A stretch of 21,964 nt of DNA from Acholeplasma sp. (GCA_036677365.1 JAVBWN010000036.1:1-21964); one strand, 5' to 3'. Shown: positions 1 to 10,496, counted from the first letter of the stretch. The notes: generated from the letters alone by a model not told the origin. Numbers and translations are program-made.

Positions 1-359
1 TATCTAACGCGATAACCAAGCGTTACGATTTGGTAAGTGTAGAAGGTTTGAATCTTAAAGATATGTCTCAAACAAGTCCCTATTATGCCAAACAGATTTC
101 TAGGTTTGGATGGACTAGGTTTATATCATTCTTGAAGTACAAGTTAGAAACACAAGGTAAGACTTTGATGGTGATGGACGAGTGGTATCCATCCTCAAAG
201 ACGTGTAGTCAATGTGGTGAGATTCACACAGAACTCAAACTCATAAATCGAGTATTTGAGTGTCCAAAGTGTGAACTACACTTAGATAGAGACCACAACG
301 CAGCAATCAATATCAACAAAGAAGGGTTTAGAAAGTATAAGTTAGCTTTTCAGTTATAA
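1..359 (+). CDS. tnpB: TnpB RNA-guided endonuclease (IS200/IS605 family), 3' part, truncated by window start
   Basis: Frame is open from position 3 (SNAITKRYDLVSVEGLNLKDM...). RuvC-II Glu (SVEGL), zinc finger SSKTCSQC...FECPKC and RuvC-III DRDHNAAINI are present; stop TAA at 357-359. RuvC-I lies outside the window. Confidence 0.95.
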   Translation, partial: SNAITKRYDLVSVEGLNLKDMSQTSPYYAKQISRFGWTRFISFLKYKLETQGKTLMVMDEWYPSSKTCSQCGEIHTELKLINRVFECPKCELHLDRDHNAAININKEGFRKYKLAFQL

Positions 360-463
360 ATGAATAAGAACCGTAGGGACTACGGGGATAGCCTATTGAG
401 TCACTGGTGGATACACTGGTTTGGATAGGAAGCCCCCACTTCTATAAGTGGTGGGTAGTTCAC
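1..463 (+). mobile_element. IS200/IS605-family element, right part including right end
   Basis: tnpB 3' end, then subterminal hairpin CCC-CCACTT-ctat-AAGTGG-t-GGG (433-455) preceded by GAAG (429-432), ending in TCAC (460-463). GAAG/TCAC fits the IS608-type guide/cleavage-site pairing rule. Confidence 0.88.
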
Positions 464-483
464 GTTCATGATTTTACCTGCAA
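360..483 (+). ncRNA. TnpB omega RNA (reRNA) scaffold plus flank-derived guide; 5' end probably extends into the tnpB CDS
   Basis: Hairpins CCGTAG-gga-CTACGG (371-385), CCTAT...ATAGG stem (392-429) and the right-end hairpin (433-455). GAAC 368-371 or TGAAT 361-365 can pair with GTTC(A) 458-462. Predicted guide 464-483 GTTCATGATTTTACCTGCAA. Ends approximate. Confidence 0.78.
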
Positions 484-617
484 TACCCACGACTTTTTTA
501 ACGCGTCCGGAACGTACCATGTATTTGAGTATTTTTACGTTGACCAAGATTTTAGTCTTCTTTTTAACCTCTATGGATGTAATTATTGTCTATACGATGA
601 TAGACCCCTATACTTGA

Positions 618-626
618 ATTATAGCA
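618..626 (-). promoter_or_regulatory. Extended -10 promoter (TGcTATAAT) pointing toward the IS right end
   Basis: Perfect TGnTATAAT on the minus strand, divergent from the photolyase promoter; no clear -35. Confidence 0.55.
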
Positions 627-686
627 CTTTAGTAAGATAAAGAAGAAAAAGAGTGCTGTAAAATCGTAAAAGTAATCAAAAAATCA

Positions 687-705
687 TATAATAAAGGTAT
701 GGAGG
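687..705 (+). promoter_or_regulatory. -10 box and RBS of the photolyase operon
   Basis: TATAAT at 687-692 and GGAGG at 701-705, 7 nt before ATG 713. Confidence 0.6.
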
Positions 706-712
706 TCACGTT

Positions 713-2092
713 ATGAATCCAAAACGTATTCAAACCGTATACAGTCATCATACCAACCCTAATCCCAAATATGTACTTTATTGGATGCAACAATCTCAGC
801 GCATTCATTTTAATCATGCCTTAGACCGTGCGATTCAAATCGCCAATCAAAAACAATTACCGCTTTTGGTATTATTTGTGTTAACCCTAGGGTATAAAGA
901 AGCCAATCAACGACACTACCAATTCATGCTAGAAGGCTTAAAGGATGTTCAAATGTGGGGTTCAAAACTGGGGTTTAATATGGTCTATAAGATAGGACAG
1001 CCCGATGAAGTGGTTTCGAGCTACTTAAGCGATGCTTATGCCTTAATCATGGATCAAGCTTATTTAAAAACACCATTAAAATGGCGTTATGATGTGATTC
1101 AGTATGCAAAAGAAAATCAACTGAAATTATGGATTGAGATGATCGATACCGATTTGATTGTCCCTGTCCATGTCGCATCCGATAAAGTCGAATATGGGGC
1201 TTATACCATTAGACCTAAACTACATAGATTATTGGCGGAATTCATCGATTTCAAACAACTATCCATTTTGAATCATCCGAAAAAATTAGAAATTACATCT
1301 GATTTTGACTTTGAGAATTTATCAGCTTTAATGAATCGTTTAGGAATCGATGATACTGTAAAACCAACCGAATCATTTAAGGGTGGCTACTTAGAAGCGA
1401 TGAAACGTTTGAATGCGTTTATATTCAATCGCTTAGAACATTACGAGGCATCTTCAGACCCAAGTACAAATTATACATCTTTATTGTCCCCATATTTGCA
1501 CTTTGGTCAAATTTCATCTTTAGAGATTTTACAACAATTATCGCTATTCAAATCACAGGGTAGAATAGAAGAATCTGTTTTTGAAGCTTATCAGGAACAG
1601 TTATTTATTAGAAGAGAACTCGCGTTTAATTATTGTTACTACAATCCAGGTTACGATGATTTTTATCGTATGACAGAACCGTGGGCGTATGAAACCATGA
1701 AAGCACACGAAAAAGACCCAAAAACATATCAGTATACCATAGAAGATTATGTCCAATATAAAACACATGACCCATACTTCAATGCTGCGATGAAAGAGAT
1801 GGTTGAAACAGGATTCATGCACAACTACATGCGGATGTATTGGGCGAAGAAAATCATCGAATGGAGCCCATCCCATGTCGAGGCTTACCAAACTACCTTA
1901 TACCTAAACAACAAATATTTTATCGATGGACGTGACCCAAACTCATATACTGGCGTAGCCTGGTGTTATGGCAAACACGACCGCGCTTGGACAGAACGGC
2001 CGATTTTTGGTAAACTTAGATACATGAATGACAAAGGTTTAGAACGTAAATTCGATATGCAAGGCTATATCAACAAAGTCGAATTCAAATAG
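713..2092 (+). CDS. phr: Deoxyribodipyrimidine (CPD) photolyase, class II
   Basis: VLYWMQQSQR N-terminus, LSPYLHFGQIS, RRELAFNY, GFMHNYMRMYWAKKIIEW, DGRDPNSY, HDRAWTERPIFGKLRYM: class II signature motifs. Confidence 0.93.
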   Translation: MNPKRIQTVYSHHTNPNPKYVLYWMQQSQRIHFNHALDRAIQIANQKQLPLLVLFVLTLGYKEANQRHYQFMLEGLKDVQMWGSKLGFNMVYKIGQPDEVVSSYLSDAYALIMDQAYLKTPLKWRYDVIQYAKENQLKLWIEMIDTDLIVPVHVASDKVEYGAYTIRPKLHRLLAEFIDFKQLSILNHPKKLEITSDFDFENLSALMNRLGIDDTVKPTESFKGGYLEAMKRLNAFIFNRLEHYEASSDPSTNYTSLLSPYLHFGQISSLEILQQLSLFKSQGRIEESVFEAYQEQLFIRRELAFNYCYYNPGYDDFYRMTEPWAYETMKAHEKDPKTYQYTIEDYVQYKTHDPYFNAAMKEMVETGFMHNYMRMYWAKKIIEWSPSHVEAYQTTLYLNNKYFIDGRDPNSYTGVAWCYGKHDRAWTERPIFGKLRYMNDKGLERKFDMQGYINKVEFK

Positions 2093-2102
2093 GAGGCAAG
2101 AC

Positions 2103-2588
2103 ATGGGATTGGCATTACTCATCATTGATGTTCAAAAAGAATATATGAAAGAACATCTCGGTACCAAAGTTTTTGAAGAAACGTTGCTCTATATTAACGC
2201 AACAGCCAAACTATTTAGACAAGAAAATTTGCCAGTCATCAAAGTGAAGGACATCTCTGAAGGGGATGGTCCTGAGTATGATTTCATTGACGAACTGGAT
2301 AAGCATCCAAACGACATAGAAATCCAAAAAACCAAAGGGAATGCATTTTGGAAAACGAACCTCGATGATCTATTGAAAGAAAAACAAATCAGTCATGTGG
2401 TGTTATCGGGTACTGCAGCCGAACACTGTGTGCTGGCTACTTACAATGGTGCAGCCGAACGCGGATATCGACCGATGATGTTGCAACATGGTGTTTTTGC
2501 AACCCATGAACGGGGATTGTTGGATTTATTTTGGAATAGACCACTGGTTTCATATACAGCACTGACCTATATGGTAAAAAAAGCATAG
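2103..2588 (+). CDS. Isochorismatase-family cysteine hydrolase
   Basis: LLIIDVQ (Asp), KTKGNAF (Lys) and AAEHCV (Cys) triad; GGAGG RBS overlapping the phr stop. Confidence 0.88.
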   Translation: MGLALLIIDVQKEYMKEHLGTKVFEETLLYINATAKLFRQENLPVIKVKDISEGDGPEYDFIDELDKHPNDIEIQKTKGNAFWKTNLDDLLKEKQISHVVLSGTAAEHCVLATYNGAAERGYRPMMLQHGVFATHERGLLDLFWNRPLVSYTALTYMVKKA

Positions 2589-2630
2589 AAAAAAAGCGCT
2601 TGAGGCTAAAAACCTTAAGCGCTTATATTT
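2589..2630. terminator. Bidirectional intrinsic terminator between convergent genes
   Basis: Stem AAGCGCTTGAGG (2594-2605) / CCTTAAGCGCTT (2613-2624), A-run on the left, T-rich on the right; overlaps the MFS stop codon. Confidence 0.75.
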
Positions 2631-3808
2631 TGGTGTGTTTTCAGACGTATATATCGGATGGTTAATAGTGCCAATATAGAACTTGAGCCTATTAAAACAT
2701 AGGGATAAAATGCGATACTTGTACGGTCAAACAGTAAACCAGCAAGTGGCGTCATGATGCCAAAACCCATATAGCCTATCACCATTTGAAGTGAAATAAT
2801 TTTAGATAATGCTTTCGATTCGAAGTGTGTATTATTGGTAAACATCATGTTTGGATAGATAGGACCTGACCCCACCCCCAACAAACCAACCACAACGAAG
2901 TAAAATGGTTCAAAAGAAACATTAAATAAAAGAAGTATCGCCCCTGTTAAGATGAAACCTACCCCGACATAGATCAATTGATGTGGGGTTAATTTTTTGG
3001 CTAAGAAGCCTGATAATAATCGTCCAACCGTCAATCCTAAGTAATAGGTGGTTGCGAACAAAGCAGCCATCGGCGCACTCACACCTTTTTCAATAAAAAT
3101 ATAAGAGGCAATCCAAACACCCAACAAGGATTCAATATGAACATAGAATAAGAAGATGAACATCGAGTTTAAAGCCCCTTTGATTTTGAAAGCCACTTTG
3201 AGGGGGATATGTTCGTGGTGTTCTTTCTCATCCTCTGTTTCTTTCTTCCATAACTTAAAGGATAAAAAAACAAGGAGTGCGATGAATAATAAGATACTGC
3301 CAACGATGATGTAACCCATACGCCAAGAATTGAGTTTTAGGGTGTAAGCCATGATCGATGGACCAGCGGTAACCCCTACCCCATAAAATGAATGCAAATA
3401 ACTCATGTGTGAGGCTTTGTAGTTCTTAGCGAGATAATGATTTAGCGAGACATCGATTGCGCCAGCACCCATCCCAAGTGGAATGGCGAAAAATAACATT
3501 TGATAAAATGCCCCGACTTGACTTAATAGGATCAAAGCCAATCCTGTAAATGTGATTGAAACAAATGTAATCCATTTGGTTTGAAATAAACGCAATAACC
3601 GCGGTGCGTTATAGGTAGATAGGATGGACATGATGTAGACAACAACGGTCATGAGTCCAAGGGTACCGAGTGGGACATTCAAGTCGACACGGACCAAATT
3701 CCACGCTGAACCAAGGAGCGCATCGGGTAAACCCAAAGCGATGAATGCGATGTATATCACAGCCAGAAGAAGAAATGCGTAAGTGAGTTGCTTTTTAGAT
3801 TGTATCAT
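2615..3808 (-). CDS. MFS transporter (FucP/sugar-permease-like)
   Basis: About 12 hydrophobic segments, GLPDALLGSAW, GAIDVSLNHY, LHSFYGVG, GRLLSG. Start moved to ATG 3808 (MIQSKK) because the GTG at 3817 lies within the AGGTGA RBS; extended -10 TGcTATCAT at 3825-3833. Confidence 0.88.
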   Translation of the reverse strand: MIQSKKQLTYAFLLLAVIYIAFIALGLPDALLGSAWNLVRVDLNVPLGTLGLMTVVVYIMSILSTYNAPRLLRLFQTKWITFVSITFTGLALILLSQVGAFYQMLFFAIPLGMGAGAIDVSLNHYLAKNYKASHMSYLHSFYGVGVTAGPSIMAYTLKLNSWRMGYIIVGSILLFIALLVFLSFKLWKKETEDEKEHHEHIPLKVAFKIKGALNSMFIFLFYVHIESLLGVWIASYIFIEKGVSAPMAALFATTYYLGLTVGRLLSGFLAKKLTPHQLIYVGVGFILTGAILLLFNVSFEPFYFVVVGLLGVGSGPIYPNMMFTNNTHFESKALSKIISLQMVIGYMGFGIMTPLAGLLFDRTSIAFYPYVLIGSSSILALLTIRYIRLKTHQNISA

Positions 3809-3844
3809 GTGTATCACCTATTCAATGATAGCACAATACTAAAT

Positions 3845-3865
3845 AAAAAGCACCCCTCGGGTGCT
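3845..3865 (-). terminator. Intrinsic terminator of the VOC gene
   Basis: AGCACCC-gag-GGGTGCT hairpin followed by a T-run on the minus strand. Confidence 0.75.
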
Positions 3866-3867
3866 AA

Positions 3868-4257
3868 TTAAACTTTGAAATAGAAGACTTCAAAACGGTG
3901 ACCATCCAAATCTCTAAAAGAACGATAATACATGAAGTCATTGTCTGTCGCTAAGCCAAATTCGCCACCTTTGGCTTCTTTGACTTTCGTGAGCAATGTA
4001 TCAACCTCAGCCTTGCTTTCAAGTTGAAAACTGATGATGATTTCGGTTTGATTAAAGCTGTTAGGTGTTTCAGATCGTGTAAAACCTCTAAATTTCTCTT
4101 TAGTCATCACCATTAAAAAGGTTGAGTCATTGATGACCACGCAAATCCCTGAGTTATCGGAAAATTGTTCGTTGATGGTAAACCCAATGTGGGTAAAAAA
4201 TGCACGCGCTTGTGCGACATCTTGGGTTTCTAAGTTTAAAAACGTTTGTTTGACCAT
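3868..4257 (-). CDS. VOC (glyoxalase/bleomycin-resistance) family protein
   Basis: FLNL...ARAFFTHIGF..NEQFSD N-terminus and FMYYRSFRDLDGHRFEV C-terminus; GGAGG RBS. Confidence 0.87.
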   Translation of the reverse strand: MVKQTFLNLETQDVAQARAFFTHIGFTINEQFSDNSGICVVINDSTFLMVMTKEKFRGFTRSETPNSFNQTEIIISFQLESKAEVDTLLTKVKEAKGGEFGLATDNDFMYYRSFRDLDGHRFEVFYFKV

Positions 4258-4313
4258 AAAATCGCCTCCACCTTCATCATAGGCTATTTAAGAGATTTCA
4301 CCAAAAGATATGC

Positions 4314-4348
4314 AAAAAAAGACGATGATTTTTAAGGTCATCGTCTTT
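4314..4348 (-). terminator. Intrinsic terminator of ppdK
   Basis: AAAGACGATGA/TCATCGTCTTT stem followed by a T-run on the minus strand, 10 nt after the ppdK stop. Confidence 0.85.
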
Positions 4349-4358
4349 GATTTAGGTG

Positions 4359-6986
<2,628 letters not shown>

Positions 6987-6990
6987 TGTA

Positions 6991-7059
6991 TCTTCCTTTC
7001 ATAACGATTTTCATACAGTTAAATTATAACACAACATAATAAAAAGACAATGATTTTCA
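6991..7059 (-). promoter_or_regulatory. ppdK promoter/RBS with two cre/LacI-like sites
   Basis: -35 TTGTCT (7045-7050), TGtTATAAT (7023-7031), RBS GAAAGGAAG; sites TGAAAATCGTTATGA (6999-7013) and TGAAAATCATTGTCT (7045-7059). Confidence 0.6.
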
Positions 7060-7112
7060 CGCATGCGTTCGCACATACACACGACATGTCACTTTATTAT
7101 CGCTTGGATTAG

Positions 7113-7155
7113 TGATATACTATTATAAGGCACTCAATGAGAAATCACGCCTTAT
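7113..7155 (+). promoter_or_regulatory. Extended -10 promoter and 5' leader hairpin of the DHH operon
   Basis: TGaTATACT at 7113-7121; ATAAGGC (7125-7131)/GCCTTAT (7149-7155) stem. Confidence 0.45.
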
Positions 7156-7180
7156 GTACCAAGAAAGGGCTTGAAAAACC

Positions 7181-8122
7181 ATGTACGAAGACATTTTAGC
7201 GAAAGTGATGGGTCACCAAACCATCATCATTCATAGACACACCAAACCAGATTTTGATGCGATTGGTTCACAGGTCGGATTGAAAGAAATGTTGGTTGAG
7301 AATTTCCCAAATAAACACATATTTGTGGTTGGGGATCAAAACCGTTTTGACATGGACAACGACATGCAGACCATACCAGATGATTTGTACCACGAGGCAT
7401 TGGTATTTATCTTAGATGTGGCTGTAAGACATATGGTATCTGATGAACGCTATAAATTAGCCAAAGATGTCATCGTCATCGATCACCACAAAAATGCCTG
7501 TGACATTGAAAATGCAAGTATTGTGTTATCGGACCCTTCCTTCAGTGCTTGTGCCGAACTCATCACAGATATGGCACTCGAATTGAATCTTAAAATCAAT
7601 CCAAGGGCAGCTTCATTCTTGTATGCTGGTATTGTCACCGACACCGGCCGATTCCAATGGATGCATAAACCAGAACGTGTGTTCTTGATTGCTTCGATGT
7701 TGACAGGTCTGGGTGCAAAAACCACAGAACTCTATGATTTCTTATACGTTGAAACACTCGAATCCAAACAGATGAAGAATTATTTCTCGAATCGCTTTGT
7801 GTTTGAAGAAGGTGTTGCATACCTGAAGAACGACCAAGAGGTCTTTGAAAAGTTCAATGTCGACGTCTTCACGGTATCGCGAGGTATGGTTAATTTAGCT
7901 GCCGGTATCGATACCATTAAGATTTGGTTAAACTTCACATGGGATGCTGAAAAGAACATCATCTTAGGTGAATTTAGAAGTAGGGGTATCAAGATTGTGG
8001 ATATCGCTAAAAAATATGGTGGTGGCGGACACGAACAAGCGTGTGGGGCATCCTTACAAACTTGGGCACAAGTAGATGAAGTCATCGCAGATTTCAAACA
8101 GTTATTAAAGGAGAACAATTAA
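7181..8122 (+). CDS. nrnA: DHH/DHHA1 phosphoesterase (NrnA-like nanoRNase/pAp phosphatase)
   Basis: HRHTKPDFDAIGS, ILDVA, IDHH, TDTGRF, FRS and GGGGHEQACG motifs. Confidence 0.88.
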   Translation: MYEDILAKVMGHQTIIIHRHTKPDFDAIGSQVGLKEMLVENFPNKHIFVVGDQNRFDMDNDMQTIPDDLYHEALVFILDVAVRHMVSDERYKLAKDVIVIDHHKNACDIENASIVLSDPSFSACAELITDMALELNLKINPRAASFLYAGIVTDTGRFQWMHKPERVFLIASMLTGLGAKTTELYDFLYVETLESKQMKNYFSNRFVFEEGVAYLKNDQEVFEKFNVDVFTVSRGMVNLAAGIDTIKIWLNFTWDAEKNIILGEFRSRGIKIVDIAKKYGGGGHEQACGASLQTWAQVDEVIADFKQLLKENN

Positions 8123-8123
8123 T

Positions 8124-9071
8124 ATGATTAATCCAATGATTATCAAAAAGATTAAAGAATACAACCGCATCATCATCCATGGACACCAAAGACCAGATGG
8201 GGACTGCTATGGGGCACAATTTGGTTTAAAGAGCATCATCCAAAATTCATTTCCAAATAAAGAAGTTTATGTGGTTGGAGAAACCTCGGACTTTGTGAGC
8301 TTTGTAGGTACACCAGATATCATTGAAGACAGCCTTTATGAAGGTGCGTTATCGATTGTTGTCGATACAGCAACCGAAGAACGTATTTCAGATAAACGTT
8401 ATATCTTGGGAAAAGAAACCATCAAGATTGACCATCACATTCCAGTGAACGATTATGGCAAATACAAGTGGGTGGATACTTCCTATCCATCTTGTGCACA
8501 AATGATTGCACACTTTTATAAGACCTATAAAAAAGAATTGAAGTTGGGTTTTGATGGGGCACTCGCGATGTATGTTGGGATACTTACAGACACCGGTCGT
8601 TTCCGTTTTAGAGGGGTTTCCAAACAAACCCATGAAATCGCGGGCATGTTGTTAAACCACGGTGTCGATGTTGAATTCGTAGATGGAAAACTGTCTGTCG
8701 AATCGTTGGATATGATCAGACTTAAAGGGTACATTTTATCTAATTTTAAAATGACAGATGCGGGATTTATCTATGTTACTTTAGACCGTAAAACGATTGA
8801 ATCATTTAATGTTACAGATGAACAAGCCGCATCCATGGTATCTGTCATTGGTGGCATCGAAGGCTACCCTGTTTGGGCTATTATCTTAGAATACCCAGGT
8901 TCGGAAATTCGCATTAGATTGCGCTCTAACGGTCCTGTCATAGCACCGCTTGCAAACGAATTTGGTGGCGGCGGACATGCGAAAGCGTCTGGGGCTAAAC
9001 TAGATTCATGGGCAGATCTAGATCGTTTTGTCACACGTACAAACGAATACATCAACGCACTTAAAAAGTAG
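8124..9071 (+). CDS. nrnA: DHH/DHHA1 phosphoesterase (NrnA-like), second paralog
   Basis: HGHQRPDGDCYG, VVDTA, IDHH, TDTGRF, RIRLRS and GGGGHAKASG motifs. Confidence 0.88.
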   Translation: MINPMIIKKIKEYNRIIIHGHQRPDGDCYGAQFGLKSIIQNSFPNKEVYVVGETSDFVSFVGTPDIIEDSLYEGALSIVVDTATEERISDKRYILGKETIKIDHHIPVNDYGKYKWVDTSYPSCAQMIAHFYKTYKKELKLGFDGALAMYVGILTDTGRFRFRGVSKQTHEIAGMLLNHGVDVEFVDGKLSVESLDMIRLKGYILSNFKMTDAGFIYVTLDRKTIESFNVTDEQAASMVSVIGGIEGYPVWAIILEYPGSEIRIRLRSNGPVIAPLANEFGGGGHAKASGAKLDSWADLDRFVTRTNEYINALKK

Positions 9072-9079
9072 GTTTTACA

Positions 9080-9952
9080 ATGGAAATAAGAGAAGTATGT
9101 GAACGCATTGTCGTCACAGAACCGTTACAATCTTTAGAACAAATAGAACGTAGTATCATTAAATCTTATCGTAAAGAAATTTGGGCTAAATTCATCAAGG
9201 CAGTCAAAGATTATAAGCTGGTTGAGGAAGGCGATAAAGTCGCTGTGGGCATATCTGGGGGTAAAGATTCGCTGTTAATGGCGAAACTATTTCAAGAATT
9301 GCACAGACATTCCATCGTCAAATTTGATGTGGTTTACCTCGCGATGGACCCAGGGTTTGCACCAATCAATTTGGCTTTATTGGAGTCCAACTGCAAGTAT
9401 CTAAATATCCCACTGGTCATTAAAAAATCCAATGTGTTCGCTGTCGCTGGCAAGATTGCTTCTGACAACCCATGTTACATGTGTGCGAGGATGCGTCGCG
9501 GATTTTTATACAACGCAGCCCAAGAATTGGGATGTAACAAACTTGCCTTAGGGCACCATTTTGACGATGTGATTGAAACCACCATGTTGAATGTTTTATA
9601 TGGGGGTCAATTCAAGACGATGGTACCTAAAATCACGGCAGATAATTTTGATGACATCGAGTTAATTCGACCACTTTTTTATATCAAAGAAGCAGATATT
9701 TTAAGATTTACGAAGGCCAATGGTATCCAATCGATGAACTGTGGTTGTACCGTGGTTGCAAGCAAGACCTCTTCGAAACGTAGAGAGATTAAAACAATGA
9801 TTGCTGAACTCAGGAAAATAAATCCTGAAGTGGATCAATCGATTTTCAAAGCAGCAGAAAATGTGAACTTAAATGCCGTATTGGGCTATCAATACGAAGA
9901 TAAAAAATACGATTTCAACGAAATTTATGAGGAAAGGAATAAAGAAAAATGA
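9080..9952 (+). CDS. ttcA: TtcA-family PP-loop tRNA thiolase
   Basis: PP-loop SGGKDS, PCYMCARMRRG, LALGHHFDD, LIRPL and C-terminal NCGC. Confidence 0.82.
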   Translation: MEIREVCERIVVTEPLQSLEQIERSIIKSYRKEIWAKFIKAVKDYKLVEEGDKVAVGISGGKDSLLMAKLFQELHRHSIVKFDVVYLAMDPGFAPINLALLESNCKYLNIPLVIKKSNVFAVAGKIASDNPCYMCARMRRGFLYNAAQELGCNKLALGHHFDDVIETTMLNVLYGGQFKTMVPKITADNFDDIELIRPLFYIKEADILRFTKANGIQSMNCGCTVVASKTSSKRREIKTMIAELRKINPEVDQSIFKAAENVNLNAVLGYQYEDKKYDFNEIYEERNKEK

Positions 9953-10488
9953 ATCCGTTTGAAGTAGAATTACAAGTGTTTCAAAGTGGTGAGTTTTGGT
10001 TAGCCGTGGTGTTACCATTATGTATCGCTTTAGTATTTAGCTTTATGATTGGTCTTGAAAGACAAAACATTGGTAAATCGGCTGGGATTTCAGCACATAT
10101 TTTGATTGGGATGGCAACTGCAATCATTGGTATTGTTCAATTATTCATGTATAAAGCACAAGGCGCGGACTCATCTGCAGATAACCAAAGATTGATTGCT
10201 CAAGTGTTACCAGGGGTTGGTTTCATTGGCGCAGGCGTCATCATGAAAGGTGGCAAAACCATCATCGGTTTAACCACAGCAGCCACCATTTGGGCAACGG
10301 CTATTATGGGGTTAGTGGCTGGTTCTGGCTATTATATCACCGCAACCATTTTTGGAACATTCTTAGTATTATTTATTTACTTAAGAGATATGAAACGCGG
10401 GATCAACCCATTCATCCCACATGTCCATCACGATTTCCTTGAGAGTGAAATCGATGTAGAGGACGATGACAAGCGTCGTCACGCTTAA
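9949..10488 (+). CDS. MgtC/SapB family membrane protein
   Basis: IGLERQ, AGISAH, RLIAQVLPGVGFIGAGVI, GLTTAATIW; ATGA overlap with ttcA. Confidence 0.9.
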   Translation: MNPFEVELQVFQSGEFWLAVVLPLCIALVFSFMIGLERQNIGKSAGISAHILIGMATAIIGIVQLFMYKAQGADSSADNQRLIAQVLPGVGFIGAGVIMKGGKTIIGLTTAATIWATAIMGLVAGSGYYITATIFGTFLVLFIYLRDMKRGINPFIPHVHHDFLESEIDVEDDDKRRHA

Positions 10489-10496
10489 AGTTGAAT

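Noticed and set aside
495..611. Possible SRP RNA, tmRNA, SAM-I or lysine riboswitch (GTCCGGAA, GGGG start, ATAGAGGT fragments)
   Set aside because: Only short fragments match; required elements (CAGG/AGCAG, TTCGAC, GAGGGA/GCAACC) are missing.
407..640. 77-aa plus-strand ORF, and the overlapping 629-817 minus ORF
   Set aside because: The first starts inside the omega RNA and crosses the IS boundary with no RBS; the second is antisense to phr and its promoter.
1..2092. Functional coupling of tnpB with the adjacent photolyase
   Set aside because: phr lies outside the IS right end and has its own promoter; adjacency is best explained by insertion site.
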